From NCBI GenBank assembly GCA_951406725.2, contig OX597814.1, positions 180,978,001-181,042,000 of the forward strand: 64,000 nt of DNA. Direction: 5' to 3'. Under the pieces are notes generated by a model. It was not told the origin of the DNA. It worked only from the letters and a program-made list of their open reading frames with translations, and made no database searches. Position numbers and translations under genes: made by a program. The DNA is from Octopus vulgaris (taxonomy: Eukaryota). Of the stretch, positions 29,590 to 43,810 are shown in pieces. How positions within the stretch are numbered: the stretch's first letter is position 1; every line of letters begins with the position of its first letter.

Positions 29590-31290
29590 TTTATGGAAAA
29601 ATAGACTGAAGCTATAGAAGAAATAGTATCCAAATTAGTTGCTATTAAGGAATGTTCTATTAATGCAACAGTTAATAGTGCTTTTATAAAGAAAACTATT
29701 GGAAATAAAGGTTTGGTTTTACCAAAGGATTGTTTTCATTTAACACAGATGATCCAGTAAAAAAATGTGATGTGAAATATCAAAAAATTTAGTATTTCTT
29801 TAGATAACTATAATATTTGCATAATCATAGATATTTGAATGTCAGTGTGCAGTCACCTGACAAATTCTAAACTTTAGTAATGATCAGAATTAATTGAAAG
29901 TTTACCAGCTGAAAAATATTTGAACTTTTAGAAATTAAATTTTTCTGAATTCAGCCTTGATTTTGGAAAAGAAAAATGTAGTTGCATTTGTAACTGATGG
30001 AAAAAAATGTTAAGTTTGCTAAGAATATGAACTGCAAGCATCATTAGTGTTATACATATGGATACCATTTAGCTGTTATGTTCTTGAATCAGTTTGTGAT
30101 GAAGCTAATAACCCTTACAAGTTTGAAGATGCATTCAAGGATCATAAACAAAATGTGGATTCTGCAGTGATGAATGTGGTTAATAATATCAATCTACAAC
30201 AAACTGAACTTAATGAAATGGCTCCTAATCTTCACAAAATAAAAACAAAAAATAAAATACTTCAGAAATTTGTTAAAGAGGAGCATAGTCATGAATTGTA
30301 ATTAAGCAATGATACTAAGACAAGATGAGATGATTTATTTTCAGTGCATAAATGGTTCTTGTTCCTTAAACTATCTCATACTTTTGTATCAGTAATGGAA
30401 CCAATTAAAATTGGAGTTAAAACCTATGACAAAAGGGATGCAACTTTGATTTCTGCAGAAGGCATATTTGTTTTCATTCTTGAAGAATTGAATCAACAAA
30501 ATACTTTAACATATCTCTTGCTGAGAGAATGTATTAGGAAAAGAATTGAATAGCAAAGGAATAAAATCTGATTGGAATGATGAAGCATTTAACTAAACTG
30601 CTTTGATTTTGGTTGCACTTAACTCATTTCTCATTTTGTCATCAGAAACTTCACTGCAAAATATTCTTTTCTACTCTAGGCACAAGGCCCGAAATTTAGG
30701 GGGAGGGTCCAGTCGATTAGGTCGACCCCAGTACACAACTGGTACTTAGTTTATCAACCCTGAAAGGATGAAAGGCAAAGTCAACCTCTGTGGAATTTGA
30801 ACTCAGAATGTAAAGACAGACAAAATACCGCTTAGCATTTTATCCAGCTTTCTAATATTTCTGCCAGCTCACCACCTTACTTCATTGTAAAATATTGTAA
30901 AGAAACTGTATGAGAGAATGTTTGTTATTTTATCAAAAGAATCATTTTAATTCCCATTCTGAATCCAAACTCATGATTATTGAAGTACCACTTCACTAAA
31001 AGAGAAAAGAAAAACATGTCTACTACAGCGATTAAATGTTGCCATTAACAAAGCTGTTGAAGGCAAATTGGAAGTGCATTCAATCATCTTATGAGCCAAA
31101 AACATTGAAATTTCTAGACACAGAATTGTTAACTTGCAGAAATTGTACTTCCTTCTCAATCATATTCTTCCAATTTCCATTGAAACAAAGAAACTATTTT
31201 CTATGGTAGAGCTTTTTGTTACAAAATTGTGGTCAAGCTTCAGTGGCAAAAAACACCATCAGTAAAACATATTTCATCAGAGAATATTAA
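29590..31290 (+). pseudogene. Decayed hAT-superfamily transposase (frameshifts and stops), interrupted by a SINE
   Basis: Colinear relic motifs: IVSKLVA..SINA, VAFVTDG, CYTYGYHLAV (CxxH-like), DTKTR* (TRW-like), EPIKIGV..RDATLISAEG, and C-terminal ILPISIETKKLFSMVELFVTKL (hATC dimerisation-like). Element termini are uncertain (about 29370 to 31527). Confidence 0.8.
30666..30878 (-). mobile_element. Full-length Meta-SINE-like element with 18-bp TSD
   Basis: Minus strand aaggtggtgagctggcagaa...gactttgcctttcatcc...ggggtcgacctaatcgac...tagagtagaaaagaat; flanked by acttcactgcaaaatatt (30648-30665) and acttcattgtaaaatatt (30879-30896). Confidence 0.9.
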
Positions 31291-32150
31291 TCATTCTGAC
31301 TGAAACATTTCAAGTATTCAGGAATTTTTTTTATATACAAACACATTTTTTTTTTAATTGGATAAATTTTTTTGTTTCTGATTCTTTCTTCCACTTATTC
31401 AAAACTCTGAAAGAGTAAAAGGAAAATAAAAATTGATGTCTATTCCTATGACTTTTTGTTTTATATGCTTGGTTTTTCAGGGATCAGTTCCTAGAAATTG
31501 AGCCATACTTGGGAACTCCACCCCATGCATTAAAATGAAAAGAAAAGTTGTTTTTTTTTCTCTCAAAATTAGTGTTGTACTCAAAAATGTATCTATTGGC
31601 TTGGATTCCTCCTTTTTCCTCTGGAGCAGAATATTCATAAAAAATGTCCTGCAATTATATATAATTTAGTTATGTAAACATTATAACAGGCATGTAATTC
31701 AATGAAATAGACAATTAAATCAACCTACCACAATTCCAGTAAAAAGAAAACATGACTAACCAGTTACATCTATTGTTATGGTCTCTATAATGTACATATA
31801 TTTTCTTTATCTAACAAAGTTGATTTACTGCAGTATCTATCCAGCTTATATCTAATTATTAAATTTCTGTCTAGAAAAGAATAATAAAATAATAAAAATA
31901 ATAGTAATTCAGTTGATTGGTTACTTAATTTTGTAGTATTCTTTGTTTACCATTTCATTTTTATCTTCTGATGGTATGAGGAAGCCCATCTATCTACAGA
32001 ATTTTCAGTTCAATTACTTATATTTGTTGATCACAAATGTTACATTTTTCTGTAAACATGATGTGGTGATAGTTGACACTTGTTAACCTATTGCAACTTA
32101 AATAAAACAAATGGTAAATTATCATTTTTGATTTAGATAAATTAGTAAAA

Positions 32151-32434
32151 CATTCAAGCGAGGACATTGCCAGTGCCGCTGGACTGGCTCCTGTGCAGGT
32201 GGCACGTAAAAAGCACCATTTGAGCATGGCTGTTGCCAGTACCGCCTGACTGGCCCTCATGCCAGTGGCACGTAAATGCACCCACTACACTCTCAGAGTG
32301 GTTGGCGTTAGGAAGGGCATCCAGCTGTAGAAACTCTGCCAGATCAGATTGGAGCCTGGTGCAGCCATCTTGTCAAATCGTCCAGCCCATGCTAGCATGG
32401 AAAACAGACATTAAACGATGATGATGATGATGAT
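32151..32434 (+). mobile_element. RTE-tailed SINE with internal ~65-bp tandem units and (GAT)n tail
   Basis: gtggcacgtaaaaagcacc repeated; gttggcgttaggaagggcatccagctgtagaaac; ends ttaaacgatgatgatgat. Confidence 0.88.
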
Positions 32435-32460
32435 AATAGTAAATTAGAAATTGTTTGGTT

Positions 32461-32668
32461 CTTTTATTCTTTTACTTGTTTCAGTCATTTGACTGCAGCC
32501 CTGCTGGAACACTGCCTTTTAGTCAAGCAAATCGACCCCAGGACTTATTCTTTGTAAGCCTGGTACTTACTCTGTCAGTCTTGCTGAACCACTAAGTTAT
32601 GAGGACATAAACACACCAGCATCATTTGTCAAGCGATGTTGGGGGGACAAACACAGACACACAAATGT

Positions 32669-32719
<51 letters not shown>

Positions 32720-32868
32720 TATACATACACGATGGGCTTCTTTCAGTTTCCGTCTACCAAATCCACTCACAAGGTTTTGGTCAGCTCAAGGTGCCACATA
32801 GTGGGACTGAACCCAGAACTATGTGGTTGGTAAGCAAGCTACTTACCACACATCCACTCCTGTGCCTA
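32461..32868 (-). mobile_element. Near full-length tRNA/CORE-type SINE with internal (TA)(CA) microsatellite
   Basis: Reverse complement of the 48811-49238 element: taggcacaggagtgg...gggttcagtcccact...gacggaaactgaaagaagccc...aaatgactgaaacaagtaaaaga. Confidence 0.9.
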
Positions 32869-35202
32869 TGTTGTTGAAAATGCTTATTATAATAATTACT
32901 TACATTAGAGCAAGACCATTTACTTGTGATGGCTTTGATCAACTGAACTGATCGCCAGACATGCTGAAGCTATTTTATTTCCCCCAGAGGGAATGAAGGT
33001 AAAATCAATCCAAGCAAGATTTGAACACAGAACATAAAGCAATAAAACTATTGTTCAGTGTTTAGTTTGGTGCTTTACCATTTCTACCAGTGATAAATTT
33101 TTTCTGGTGACAATCTCATATCTAAAATGTTTAATTACAATTATTTCATAATTAGATTTAAAGTCATAGGGAAATGTGATGCAAACAGGCTTCACATGGA
33201 AATTCATTTCTGTTTTTGCTACCAGTTACATTCCCTCACATAATTCAACAAAAATAGTGGTGATTATTGAGCATATCTTCTGTCAATTCACATGTTAAGA
33301 TGTGTTAATGATTGATTTTATCTAATATTTTTTAACTAGTTCATGAATATCACAATTGTTATCCACCCTTTTTCAAAACTACATTTAGTGAGATACTGAT
33401 TTTCTTATTGCTTATGTTGAAACTAAGTTCCTCATGAGTGGTCTAGTAATTAATGCTATTTTATTCACTATCACTTGTTCAAATATCCTACTTGTGTGAT
33501 CATCAACATTGGTATCTCTTGGTATCAATAAATTTATTCCCTTGAATTTATGTGTTCTAAGATGGCTGCATAGGCTTATTTCTAACAATTGCAACAATTG
33601 AGATACAACTGAACCTAAGAGACTTCATTGTTACTCTGCCTTCCCTCCTTTAACATCAGCCTTTTCTTTATGGCTACTTTTTAAGTCACATCTAATGTGG
33701 CACTTTTTACTCATGAATGGATGATAAACTGCATCAACAGTACACAAGGTATCATCAACATGAAAGTTTTTGAATATTCATTTTAGTTGATATGTGTATC
33801 AGTGCTCTAAATGCGTTCCCTCCTACAATTTTCTGTACATAAGCCTCTACAGCAATCACAGATTCAGTAGTCTTTAAACCACTCACAGCTGGTGATGTGA
33901 CATTTCGACCTAATTCTGTTTAGTATGATCCATTCAAGAATTTTGTTATTTCTAGCATGGTCTTACTAACATATGCACCACAGACTCACCACTTATCTGA
34001 CAAAAGTGTTTCAAAACACTTTGAATATATTTTGACAGGGTTAATGGTTGGTGTCACAGATAAAATATATATCTTGAAAACTTTTCTATTGTAGCCCTAT
34101 TTTACCACTGATATGCTACAATGAACAACTCTGAGGTTACTGATGATGACAATGGTTTTAACATAATGTATTTACTCCATAAAAGATGGAAAAGCAATGT
34201 TATAATCAACAGATTGTTTTTTAATATCAAAGAATTATTTTGTTATATTTTTTGGTTAATTAATTTAGATCCAGTATATTACAGGCACTTTAGACATGAA
34301 AACAATTAATAGTCATAGGATAACAATTTTCAAGTAGATAAACTATCAAAAAAATTTAAGTCTGTGTTAGTACAAGTATACAAGTATTCTAATGAAAATT
34401 TTATTCAGTTGAGGCTAATAATTTACTAAGTGTAAATGTTTGCTGAAATATGACAGTCTTCAGCTGTGTTTTTTAAGTTGAAGAGCTTTTTATGACCCAT
34501 TGTCATTCTGGCAGTAATAACGTGGACCATTTTAATCATAGCACCTCATTCTTTGTTCTATTATTAGAACTTTTGCCTGAAATGTTTTTATTACCCCAAA
34601 GTATTCAGATCAAACTTTTGCACTGGCCTATATTATTACTCTTGTTGGTATAGTCATTCTTTCAGAATTCACTGCTTGAAAATTGATATTAGGTAAGTTT
34701 TAAAATTGTAAAATCACTGTGATTTTAAAAAATACTAATTATCACAATTCTGAAAATCATTTGTTGAATGATGAAATATTCTGCGAACTAAAACCAAAAA
34801 AACATTATGCAACTATCAATGTGAAGTCAATATTTTCTATAACATTAACAAAAATGTACCTTATCAACTAAATGCGTATTCTTATTTGGATTCAACTGAC
34901 TGCAAAATGTCTTTAATTCATTGAGAGCTTATCTGTTCCATGAGACCTTATTTTCATAGATTTGAAACAACACTTCCTGGTTATTTTCAAAGTTCCTTCA
35001 AAAGCGTTTAATATGCTTGTTTTACTTTGCATTTGTTTCACAGGTCGCAAAGTTTTCAGAAGGGTCTTTTGAAGATGGTTTTTACCAAACTCATCTGAGA
35101 ACCTCCTCTTTGTATTCATATGCACCCCAAGTTTTCTGTACCTTAACACAAGTTTTATCAACATTTTCTTTTTGAAATTAATAATATTCTTTTCCAATTT
35201 AG

Positions 35203-35348
35203 GTAAAATCAAATACACCGAACGAGTATATGACGCCTGTATGGATGCATTTGACTGCCTGCCTCTAGCAGCCTTAATGAACCAACAATTTTTGTGTGTC
35301 CATGGAGGTCTCTCACCAGAAGTACATACTTTAGAAGATATAAGAAAA
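35203..35348 (+). CDS. PPP3CA: Calcineurin A exon (exon 5 equivalent): (C)[48 protein letters not shown]
   Basis: HGGLSP motif; tttag|GT acceptor; AAA|gtgagt donor; 146 nt, phase 1 to 0. Confidence 0.98.
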
Positions 35349-35779
35349 GTGAGTAATACACAGTCTGTATTTCATCTCTTCATTCTTCATTCTGTGTATA
35401 AATGTTCATAATTTCTGTATATTTATTGATCACTTTCTTGAAAATAGTAGTAAAAATAGTACTAATAGTTGTAACCACTATTGATTTCTCCTTGTAGAAG
35501 TGGAGGATGGACTTCACACATTATCCCTGATCAATTCAGCCATTTATTCCAGTATAGTATTTTATTGATTCTGGAACAGATCTGACAGGAGTCAAAAATT
35601 GCACCTAAACATTTCAAGTTTAACACTTCACCCATTGGTTTATTGTTGTATGTAAATATTTGTAAATCTTTTTAATAACATTGCAGTTGTTTACAGAAAC
35701 CAGTTTTATCATTTAATTCATCCTAAAATAATCTCCATGCTCATAATTTGAAAAGATGTTTCTGGTAGTTTAGAATTTA

Positions 35780-36367
35780 GAGGAATTCTTCTCAGCCTTT
35801 TATGAATAAAATTTATGATTTTGGTATCTTCCAAGTGCTAATAACAGTTTATGTTTCAAAATCTTGGGAATGTTAATTTCAAAAGGAAAAATTGAATTTA
35901 GTACCAGTTTGCACTCATCATGCTCATCAGGAATAAATCCAAACTTCAAGAACTCCACCGAATATTGACAAGTCTTCTTGCTTTGTTTACTCATTTGAAA
36001 AAGGGCTGACACAGATCCAAGAAAGTGATGAAGTGATGATGATTTTTGCACAGCATAGAAAGAAAGGGATCCGAAGCATTAATCAGCAGTAGTGAGCAGA
36101 GTTGACTGCTGCTTCTATAAATGCTTGACACTGGACAATAGATATTGAAACAGAGAAACAAATACCTAACAAGTGCAGATACCTCACTAGGTATGCTGAT
36201 TGGTCATAGCTATGAGTCATATGGTTTAAGTATAAATATTTCATGGTGATGATTTTTTTACATTTCAATATCCAAAGGTAGGCTTAGGGTCGACACGTGT
36301 GCACTGAAATCACTTGGAAAAATTTTCACAACACATGCTAATGCATGCCCCACGTTGAGAAACACTG
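35780..36367 (-). mobile_element. Buster/Charlie-type hAT transposon 5' end with a transposase N-terminal relic
   Basis: Minus-strand terminus CAGTGTTTCTCAACGTGGGG preceded by the Charlie-type target site ATCTAGAG; relic peptide MSKQSKKTCQYSVEFLKFGFIP resembles the ZBED8/Buster N-terminus. Confidence 0.78.
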
Positions 36368-39300
36368 CTCTAGATCTGCAGTAAAAAGACACTCTGCATC
36401 AGCTATCCAGAAAGAAATGGAATGATAACTTCCTTTCATTTTTTCAATGTCATTAATATCTGATAATTTCATTTCACTGAGAAAAATTATGTTTACAGAG
36501 GTATTTATTTCAGTGGTCCAGTAAAATCTTTTTCTATTAATAGTTTTGATGCTTCTCACAAGCTGGGGAGAAATAGCAGCATTCTTTTGTCAGTAATGCA
36601 TTGTCATTACAAAGCAAATACAAGACTTTCAAGTATTCACATTAGTTATGAGAAATGCCCATCACTTTCACAACTTCTTAAAAATCTAACTTAAAATTGT
36701 CACAGTACACATAGCAAGCAACATCTACTTTTCCCTCTCATTAAGCCCTACTTCACCTTATGATTTGTACTGTAGATGTATTTTATGATGCATGTTTTTG
36801 CTACCAACAAAACAAAGTGTGTGTGTGCATGCATGCAAAATCCATTCCTTCCTCCAAAATATGTAACTTCTATGGGTGTAAGAGTTTCCTGGTGGCAAAT
36901 ACATTAATATATGCATATTTTGGGAAAAGCATATCATTCCTTAAAAAAGAAAGGGTAAAACAGAAAACTTTCTTTGTAGGCCATTTTAACATTAAAATAG
37001 GAAGTCTAAATTCAGGTGGACAAACATCCTGAATTTAAAATGAGCATATCCAGAAATATTTTCTAATGTTGAGGACTCTTTTTTTTTCAGCCTAGCATGG
37101 GTTAAATTGGTCCACTAATTTCTGTTATTATATATAGTCTTGGAGCTCTTATAACTAAGTGTTATTCTTGTCATAAAATAGGACTACTACTCAAACTGTA
37201 GGTTTTCAATTTTTAATATTCTCTCATAAATTATATTTAATAGAAAACTTTCTCTTAAAACTCTTATAAATTCAATTGTATTCATCCTACATATCTATGT
37301 TGGGTGAATGTTAGTTTTACTGAAGACTTGGTTCATTGTTCTGTATGTAAAGGCAAGTCAATTAACCTGAAATAAATATATAAATAAGAGTAAGGAGAAA
37401 CAAACTGCCTTATTAGATTTATTTTCTCATTAAAAACTTTCAACTTCATGATCTAGGTAAAGCAAGTTAATACTTGTTCTGAAGATAATAGCTACATTGT
37501 CCAGAAGAGGAGGGAGGCATCATTGTGTAGATTTGATTTATTATTGAATTAAATTGCTTCTTTAGTTTTTAAAACAATAAGTGAGAAAAGATTTTTTTTT
37601 TTTAAATATTAATTTAAAAGTTTGCAATTCTTGTTGCATTATACACAATTTTATATTAAGATTTCCATCAATTTGAATGTTTAAGTTAATACCTGGGTGT
37701 TATGTATATAAACTTCATTTTTCACTTCTGCTTAATGTATTGAACATATTAATAAATAATTGAGTGAAGTAATTGATTAGGCATAGTGCAAGATTTGTCA
37801 CCCATTTACTACAGTTATAGGCAAGCACCTTTTTTCAAGTAGTGACTATTTGTCTTGTTGGAAATTGGAATTTGGTTTTAGTTTGATAGGTTGGTTAGTG
37901 CTGAGGAAGACATTCAGTTATAAAACACATTCTTAAATGTTCTATTTATAACTATGTGAATGTAAATATAAATTGTTACTGCTATGTAAGTGCTATTAAT
38001 TTACAAAGGTTGATTTCTTATGTAAGCATGTGACCTTAGTTTTATTATGTAAGAGACAATCATGTCTTTCCTGAAGCTGTTAGTTATGTCACCTGTTTCA
38101 GTTGTCATGAAAACATTGTTATACTAAAATAGTTAGCAATTAGGGAACCCATGAACTGCATGAGCAAATGGGGGAGGTCTTTATGTAGCTACTTAACCTG
38201 CTAGAAACAACAAACAAATATCTCTTAAACTGACCTTTCATTAAAGACTTATACAGGTCCTATGTCAGTCAAGGTTAACTCTGCATCTGTGTGGGCAAGT
38301 ATGGGTGTGATTTTTTTGAGGATGACTGGCAGTTGCCCATACATGCAAGTTTCCTTCTCTCCACATCACTGATAATTATATATGGGAAAGGCCACCAACC
38401 AGGACTGTTAGAGCTTGGCATCAGTGTTGTTACAAGTGTTGTCAGTATAGAATAAACCAAAAGAGAAACTGCTTAACATCTTACCCAACTCTCTAACAGT
38501 TCTACAAATGTATTGCCCTGGATTTTTACGTTTTTTTTATCAACTCCAAAAAGATAAAAGGTAAAGTTGACACCAGCAAGATTTGAACAGAACAAATGCT
38601 CTAATAACTCTACCAATTTGTCACCTTATCAGACATACAAAAATACTGAATTGTCAGAAATGGGATACTTTTAATCATAAGTCGGTTCAATCAGATCCTG
38701 GGGCTAAACATCTCTTTGAACTAATCAAACAGCTCGCTAGTTATAGCAGAGAGTTTCTATTTATTGAGTGACCTAATTTGTGCTACAGGTGGTTGTAGTG
38801 AAAGTACAATAGCTACTGTAAGAAAGGGATGAAAAGTTCAGTGTATTGTTTCCTCTTTTCACATCAATAGGATCCTCTCCCCACACAAAAGGCATATCAA
38901 TTGCAGCATGTTTAAGAAATGTAATACTGCTTTGTAGTAAGAAATGGATATTGAATATGTACAATCTGTGAAAATTAGAGAAAAATTAGTCAAGTATGAT
39001 CTGTTAGATGTGTAAGGTCAACTTGATAAAAGGCAGAACACACATGAGTTTACTAAGTTGTTGGACATTCCATGCATCAGCCAATGTAAGTAGTCATGAC
39101 AGAAGCACTAGTAATTGACATGACATGAAGAGATGACAAGCTATACTGATGGCCTACTCAACTCATACTGGATAAATAAGTCATCATGGTTATAATCATG
39201 TGGATGCATGACTAATGTATGATGTTGATGCCATCTTTACCTGTATATGATCAGGTGCTTGTTTTTCATGGTTAATCATTATATATACAAAAATAAGCTT

Positions 39301-42300
39301 AGTGCTTGTATTTGAAAGAGTAGTGACATAATAGTTCAATATGTTCTTTAAATTATATATCATTCCTACAACCAAGGTACTTGAGTGACATTGATGGTAG
39401 TGTATCAAGCAAAATGCCTTCAAGCACTGGTTCTCAGACTAATGAATACCAGTTCTAACCCCACCAACTAAAAAGTTAAAGCTTTTGTCCTTTCTTTCAT
39501 CACCAAAGTGTTGGACAGTTCAATCATTTTTAAACCATCTTAATTTTATTAAACTTGGTAATTTGTCCATCTTTTTAATCTTCACAAATCTCACTCTTAA
39601 GAGAAACACTACCTTACAGTATTTAGTTTTGTTTCTGAGTTGATAAAATAAGTACCAGGCTTTATTGGTGACAATCCTGTTGGCTAAATGCCCTCCCTTA
39701 CTGATTTTGACCATGTACCAATATAAGAAAACATTACTGCTACAAATTAATTAAATTTTGTTTTTGTTTTTGTTTTTTTGTTGTTGTTTTTTTTGTGGGG
39801 GTGGTTGCAGTGCTGTATACATGACACATTTTGAGGATTCTATGCTGTTTTAGTGGATAGTTAAATTTAAAGTATATAAACTTCTAAAGAACCAACAAAA
39901 CCTAACCTACATCACAACTACATCTTCTCCATAAGAAATATTAGTGAATAAATAGTATCTCTTAGAGATATACTTAAGTTTCCTTTAAACAACCATATTT
40001 TGGCATCTTACCAACATTTTTCTCTGGTGCTGTTTTATATGTTTTCCTTCCTTTCCTTCATCAGCATCTGCCTTTCTGTATCTTTCTTAATAAAACTTCA
40101 ATAAAACATTCCTCTCATCTCTCTTGTAATCAACAATTTTATTCTGCACTAAACAACCTCTAGAACCAGCTGTTTCATCCTTATTGCCTACAATAAAGTC
40201 TTACTCACTATTATTTTCGTTCAGTATTTATGATTTTTAGCCAACTTCATCGAAAGATTGAAGCTGTTTACCTACAATCTACTCTGTAACTTTAGGAAGA
40301 CTAATGTACAAGTATAATTTAGCAGCAGTATGTTGAAGTATAAGAAATATGAATCCAACATATATGCATGTGATAACCATCTTATAATACAGAAGAATAA
40401 AATGAGCATTCACCTCAAACATTTAACCAGTAAGGAAGCCCCTATATAGTCACTCAACATGCTACAGTAGCAACCAAATCACCCTCATATATATCATATA
40501 TAAGATACCTTGGTATCTTAAAGCATGGGATGTGGCATTGGACACTGTTGTCTTCTTTTTTTTTCCACTTAGAGAGGGAAAGGCAACATCTATGACCCTT
40601 GAAGTTTTTCCAAGGCCTCTAACTGGTGAATAAAAGGGAAGAAATTATCTTCAAACTAGAGATCCTGCCCAAATGCTTGCAATTGAGTGAACTTCACAAA
40701 ACACACCTAAGCTGGTGATATTAAACTAGGTGGCAAATGATATCTACCATATCCCAAAAACTCAAAACATATAATGCCAGAACAAGTACTACAAGATATC
40801 TTGTCCAACTATATTCCACTATATTTTCTCTGGGCTGGTATTGAAACAAACCTGCTAAGCATTTTGTTAAACACTGTATCAACTTTACCAATTCGTTTCA
40901 GAAGAAAAAAATGACAAAATTGTCGAAAGCCCTTCTTGATCAGGCTAAACAATAAAAGCAATGTTTAATGAAAGTAAAAACCATATTAAAAAATCAGAAA
41001 AAAAAATTAATTTGGTTATTATGGCTATTTAAATACTCATCCCTTTGATCTTGTTATGCATTTTCAATTACAAAATACAAAGCTTACTAAATTTGATATT
41101 CCCTCCTCTTCTCAAAAGTCCTTAGGATTTTGTTGATAAAGAAGTTCTATAAAAAATAAATGAAGGATTTAGTTTTAAGAAACAATAGCCATTTCTTCAG
41201 AATAATACTAAATATATGGTTTCGTAAAGACATATCAGTTGAGAGTGAACCCCTTGAAGACAAAGTGATTGATAGCACAACAGGAAAGAGGAACAGCTAC
41301 ACATTTTCTTTTTAGATCTTTGTTTTGAATAAGTTTCTAAGTTCTGTCAGAATAATAAAAAATTTCAAGTGAGTGATGTTACCCAATTCAATCAATCAGT
41401 TCTTTATACTGATGTCTACTTAAGGTTTAAAAACAGAAACTATGTCTAGGAAATGAAATTAAAAGTATCTCCCTTATTTTAGATATGTTTTATGTTCTCT
41501 TACATTACATTCATCATATAGACTTGCAAGTTGCTCTATCCAGTTATATACTTTGATTGAAAACTTATATAATTATAAATGATGTTCACTGAAATGCAAA
41601 GCAATCTGGATATAATTGATTTATATAAATTAAATTACTCTTTTTAAGTAAAAGAAAAGTTGCTCATAAATAATAATAAATGGTACTGTCCGATATAATC
41701 TAATATTTAAACATTTTTTGGCCAAGAGCGTAAAGTCAGTCTCTCAATAAACCAAGTTTAAAACACAATTTGATTTCTTAATTGAAAGCATTTCATTTGA
41801 CCTACACCGCTTGAGCTAAAGAACCTATATATGTGAGAACTTGACTTGCTAGAAATATTTGGCAAATTTCCTTCAAATGACACTTAGAAAATTGACAAAA
41901 TGGATAATATAGTATTAGATATACAAAAAGACGGAATGCTCACAGCTGGAATATCTTTAATCATAGGTCTGCCCAGTCAGAATTGACCTGGAGGCTAAAC
42001 AAAATCATTTATGCTCTCAAAAATGGTAATAAATTTCACAACCTTTGTCTCCATTACATTGTATCTTTATAGAGTATCCATATAGTTGAAACATTTTCCT
42101 ATTGTCATAGAGAATCTACTTCATCATTTTCCTCTGCAACAAGGAGAGGATAAATATTGGTAGTCCATTTTATTCTATATCTTTTAAAGTGGGGAAATTT
42201 CTAGTTTTCATACAGCATTATTTTTACCTTTTATATTATCCTAAACTATGCAATGGTGAATGTTTGCCCTATAAGCCATTATGTTATGAGACAAGCATTC

Positions 42301-42459
42301 ATCATAGGAGATATCATATGTGTCAGATATACATCAAAGTCAACATATGGTCAGAAAGTTGTCACTTGGATATAACTCTGCAAGCCAAAATCACTGAGAT
42401 ATTCGAATCATCACCATTGTCATTATTTTGTCTATTTTCCATGTTTGTATGGACTGAAG

Positions 42460-42700
42460 AAGTCTTTCCAGGACAATGTCTAATCAGCTTGTTAGTCCTC
42501 AGTCATATCTATGAGATCAGGCTTCTTTATTTATTCTTATGATTTATATGGTCTTCCTCTTCCACAAGTCCACTAGATATTTCACCAAACTGTCATCCTT
42601 CATATGCATTACATGTCCATATTAGTAGTCTTACCTTCTGTATGCCACAGCTGATTTGTCTTTTACCCAGTTTTTGACTCAACTCATTTGTGTTCTATTG
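42460..42700 (-). mobile_element. Decayed RTE LINE 3' end
   Basis: Minus-strand relic RLL.YGHVMHMKDDSLVK followed by tgtggaagaggaaga resembles the RTE C-terminal RLRWYGHV...GRGRP segment. Confidence 0.65.
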
Positions 42701-43624
42701 TTCATACACACCAGCATTATACATCCAACGGAGCATATTTGTCTCATTTCTTTCCAGCATATGCACATCTTCAGTGCCTGTGCTTCACCATCATACAATA
42801 TTGCACATGATACTCAAGCATCATATAATCTGCCCTTTTTCCATTCCATTCTCACTCTACGTTTTCAAAACATACACTTCCACTGCTGATTAAGTCACCA
42901 AGGCAACAAAAGCTCTCTACTACTTCTAGTAAGCCTTTTGTGCATTTAAAATCATCAATTTCATGAGTGCTCTTTCTGCTAGCTGCTCCCATACATCTTA
43001 TCTGGAAACCTTCTCTGTCAGCTTGTCTTTGTTCTCATTGCATTTCTTGTGCACTCATAGTTTCATTGGCTTAGAATTCAATACAGAATTCCAACTTATT
43101 TTCTAAACCATCAAAACAGCTGTGACCTACAAATGTTCAAGCTGAACATCATCCACTGTAAGGACTTGTAAAAGTCATGGTCACTATCCCTCCTCCCCTA
43201 ACAAGCTTATAAAATTTAAAAGTAAATGAAATACTTGCTAAATATACAGTGGTGGGTTGCACCACACTTTATATACATGCTTATGTCTATGTAGACTTAA
43301 ATTTTCATTCTTGAATGTATGACAGTATTGACCATGCACATGGGGCACTGCTAGAAACAGGTTATACAGTGCCAATCTTTAAACTGGTATTCCATCTTTC
43401 ATCTCCTCTACCTACTATGGCTCATAATATATGAAACCAAACACCAACCTGATCAAGCAAGATTCTTTAGATTCTCTAGCAAAATGATTGGACTACTAAA
43501 TAAAAATGATTCCAAAATTCCCTAAACACATTCCATTCTCTCAGGAAATCTGCCTGAAACTTAGACATTTACCATTATATATTCAAGGATCCAAATCATT
43601 ACAACTTGTTGTTAGCTATAGCAG

Positions 43625-43810
43625 CAGCATCATTTAACGTCTGTTGTCCATGCTGGCATGGATTGGCTGGTTTGACTGGGCTAGCACACTGGAAGGCTGC
43701 ACCAGACTGATTTGGCATGGTTTTCTACATCTGGATGCCCTTCCTAATGCCAACCATTTCAAGGGTATAATGGATGCTTTTTACATGCCAATTTGCATGA
43801 CACTAGTATC
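43625..43810 (-). mobile_element. RTE-tailed SINE fragment
   Basis: catcatttaacgtc...ccatgctggcatgg...gaaggctgcaccag...ctggatgcccttcctaatgccaacca. Confidence 0.8.

Noticed and set aside
34913-35218. 101-aa minus-strand ORF overlapping exon 5
   Set aside because: K-rich antisense reading of polypyrimidine tracts with no recognisable domain.
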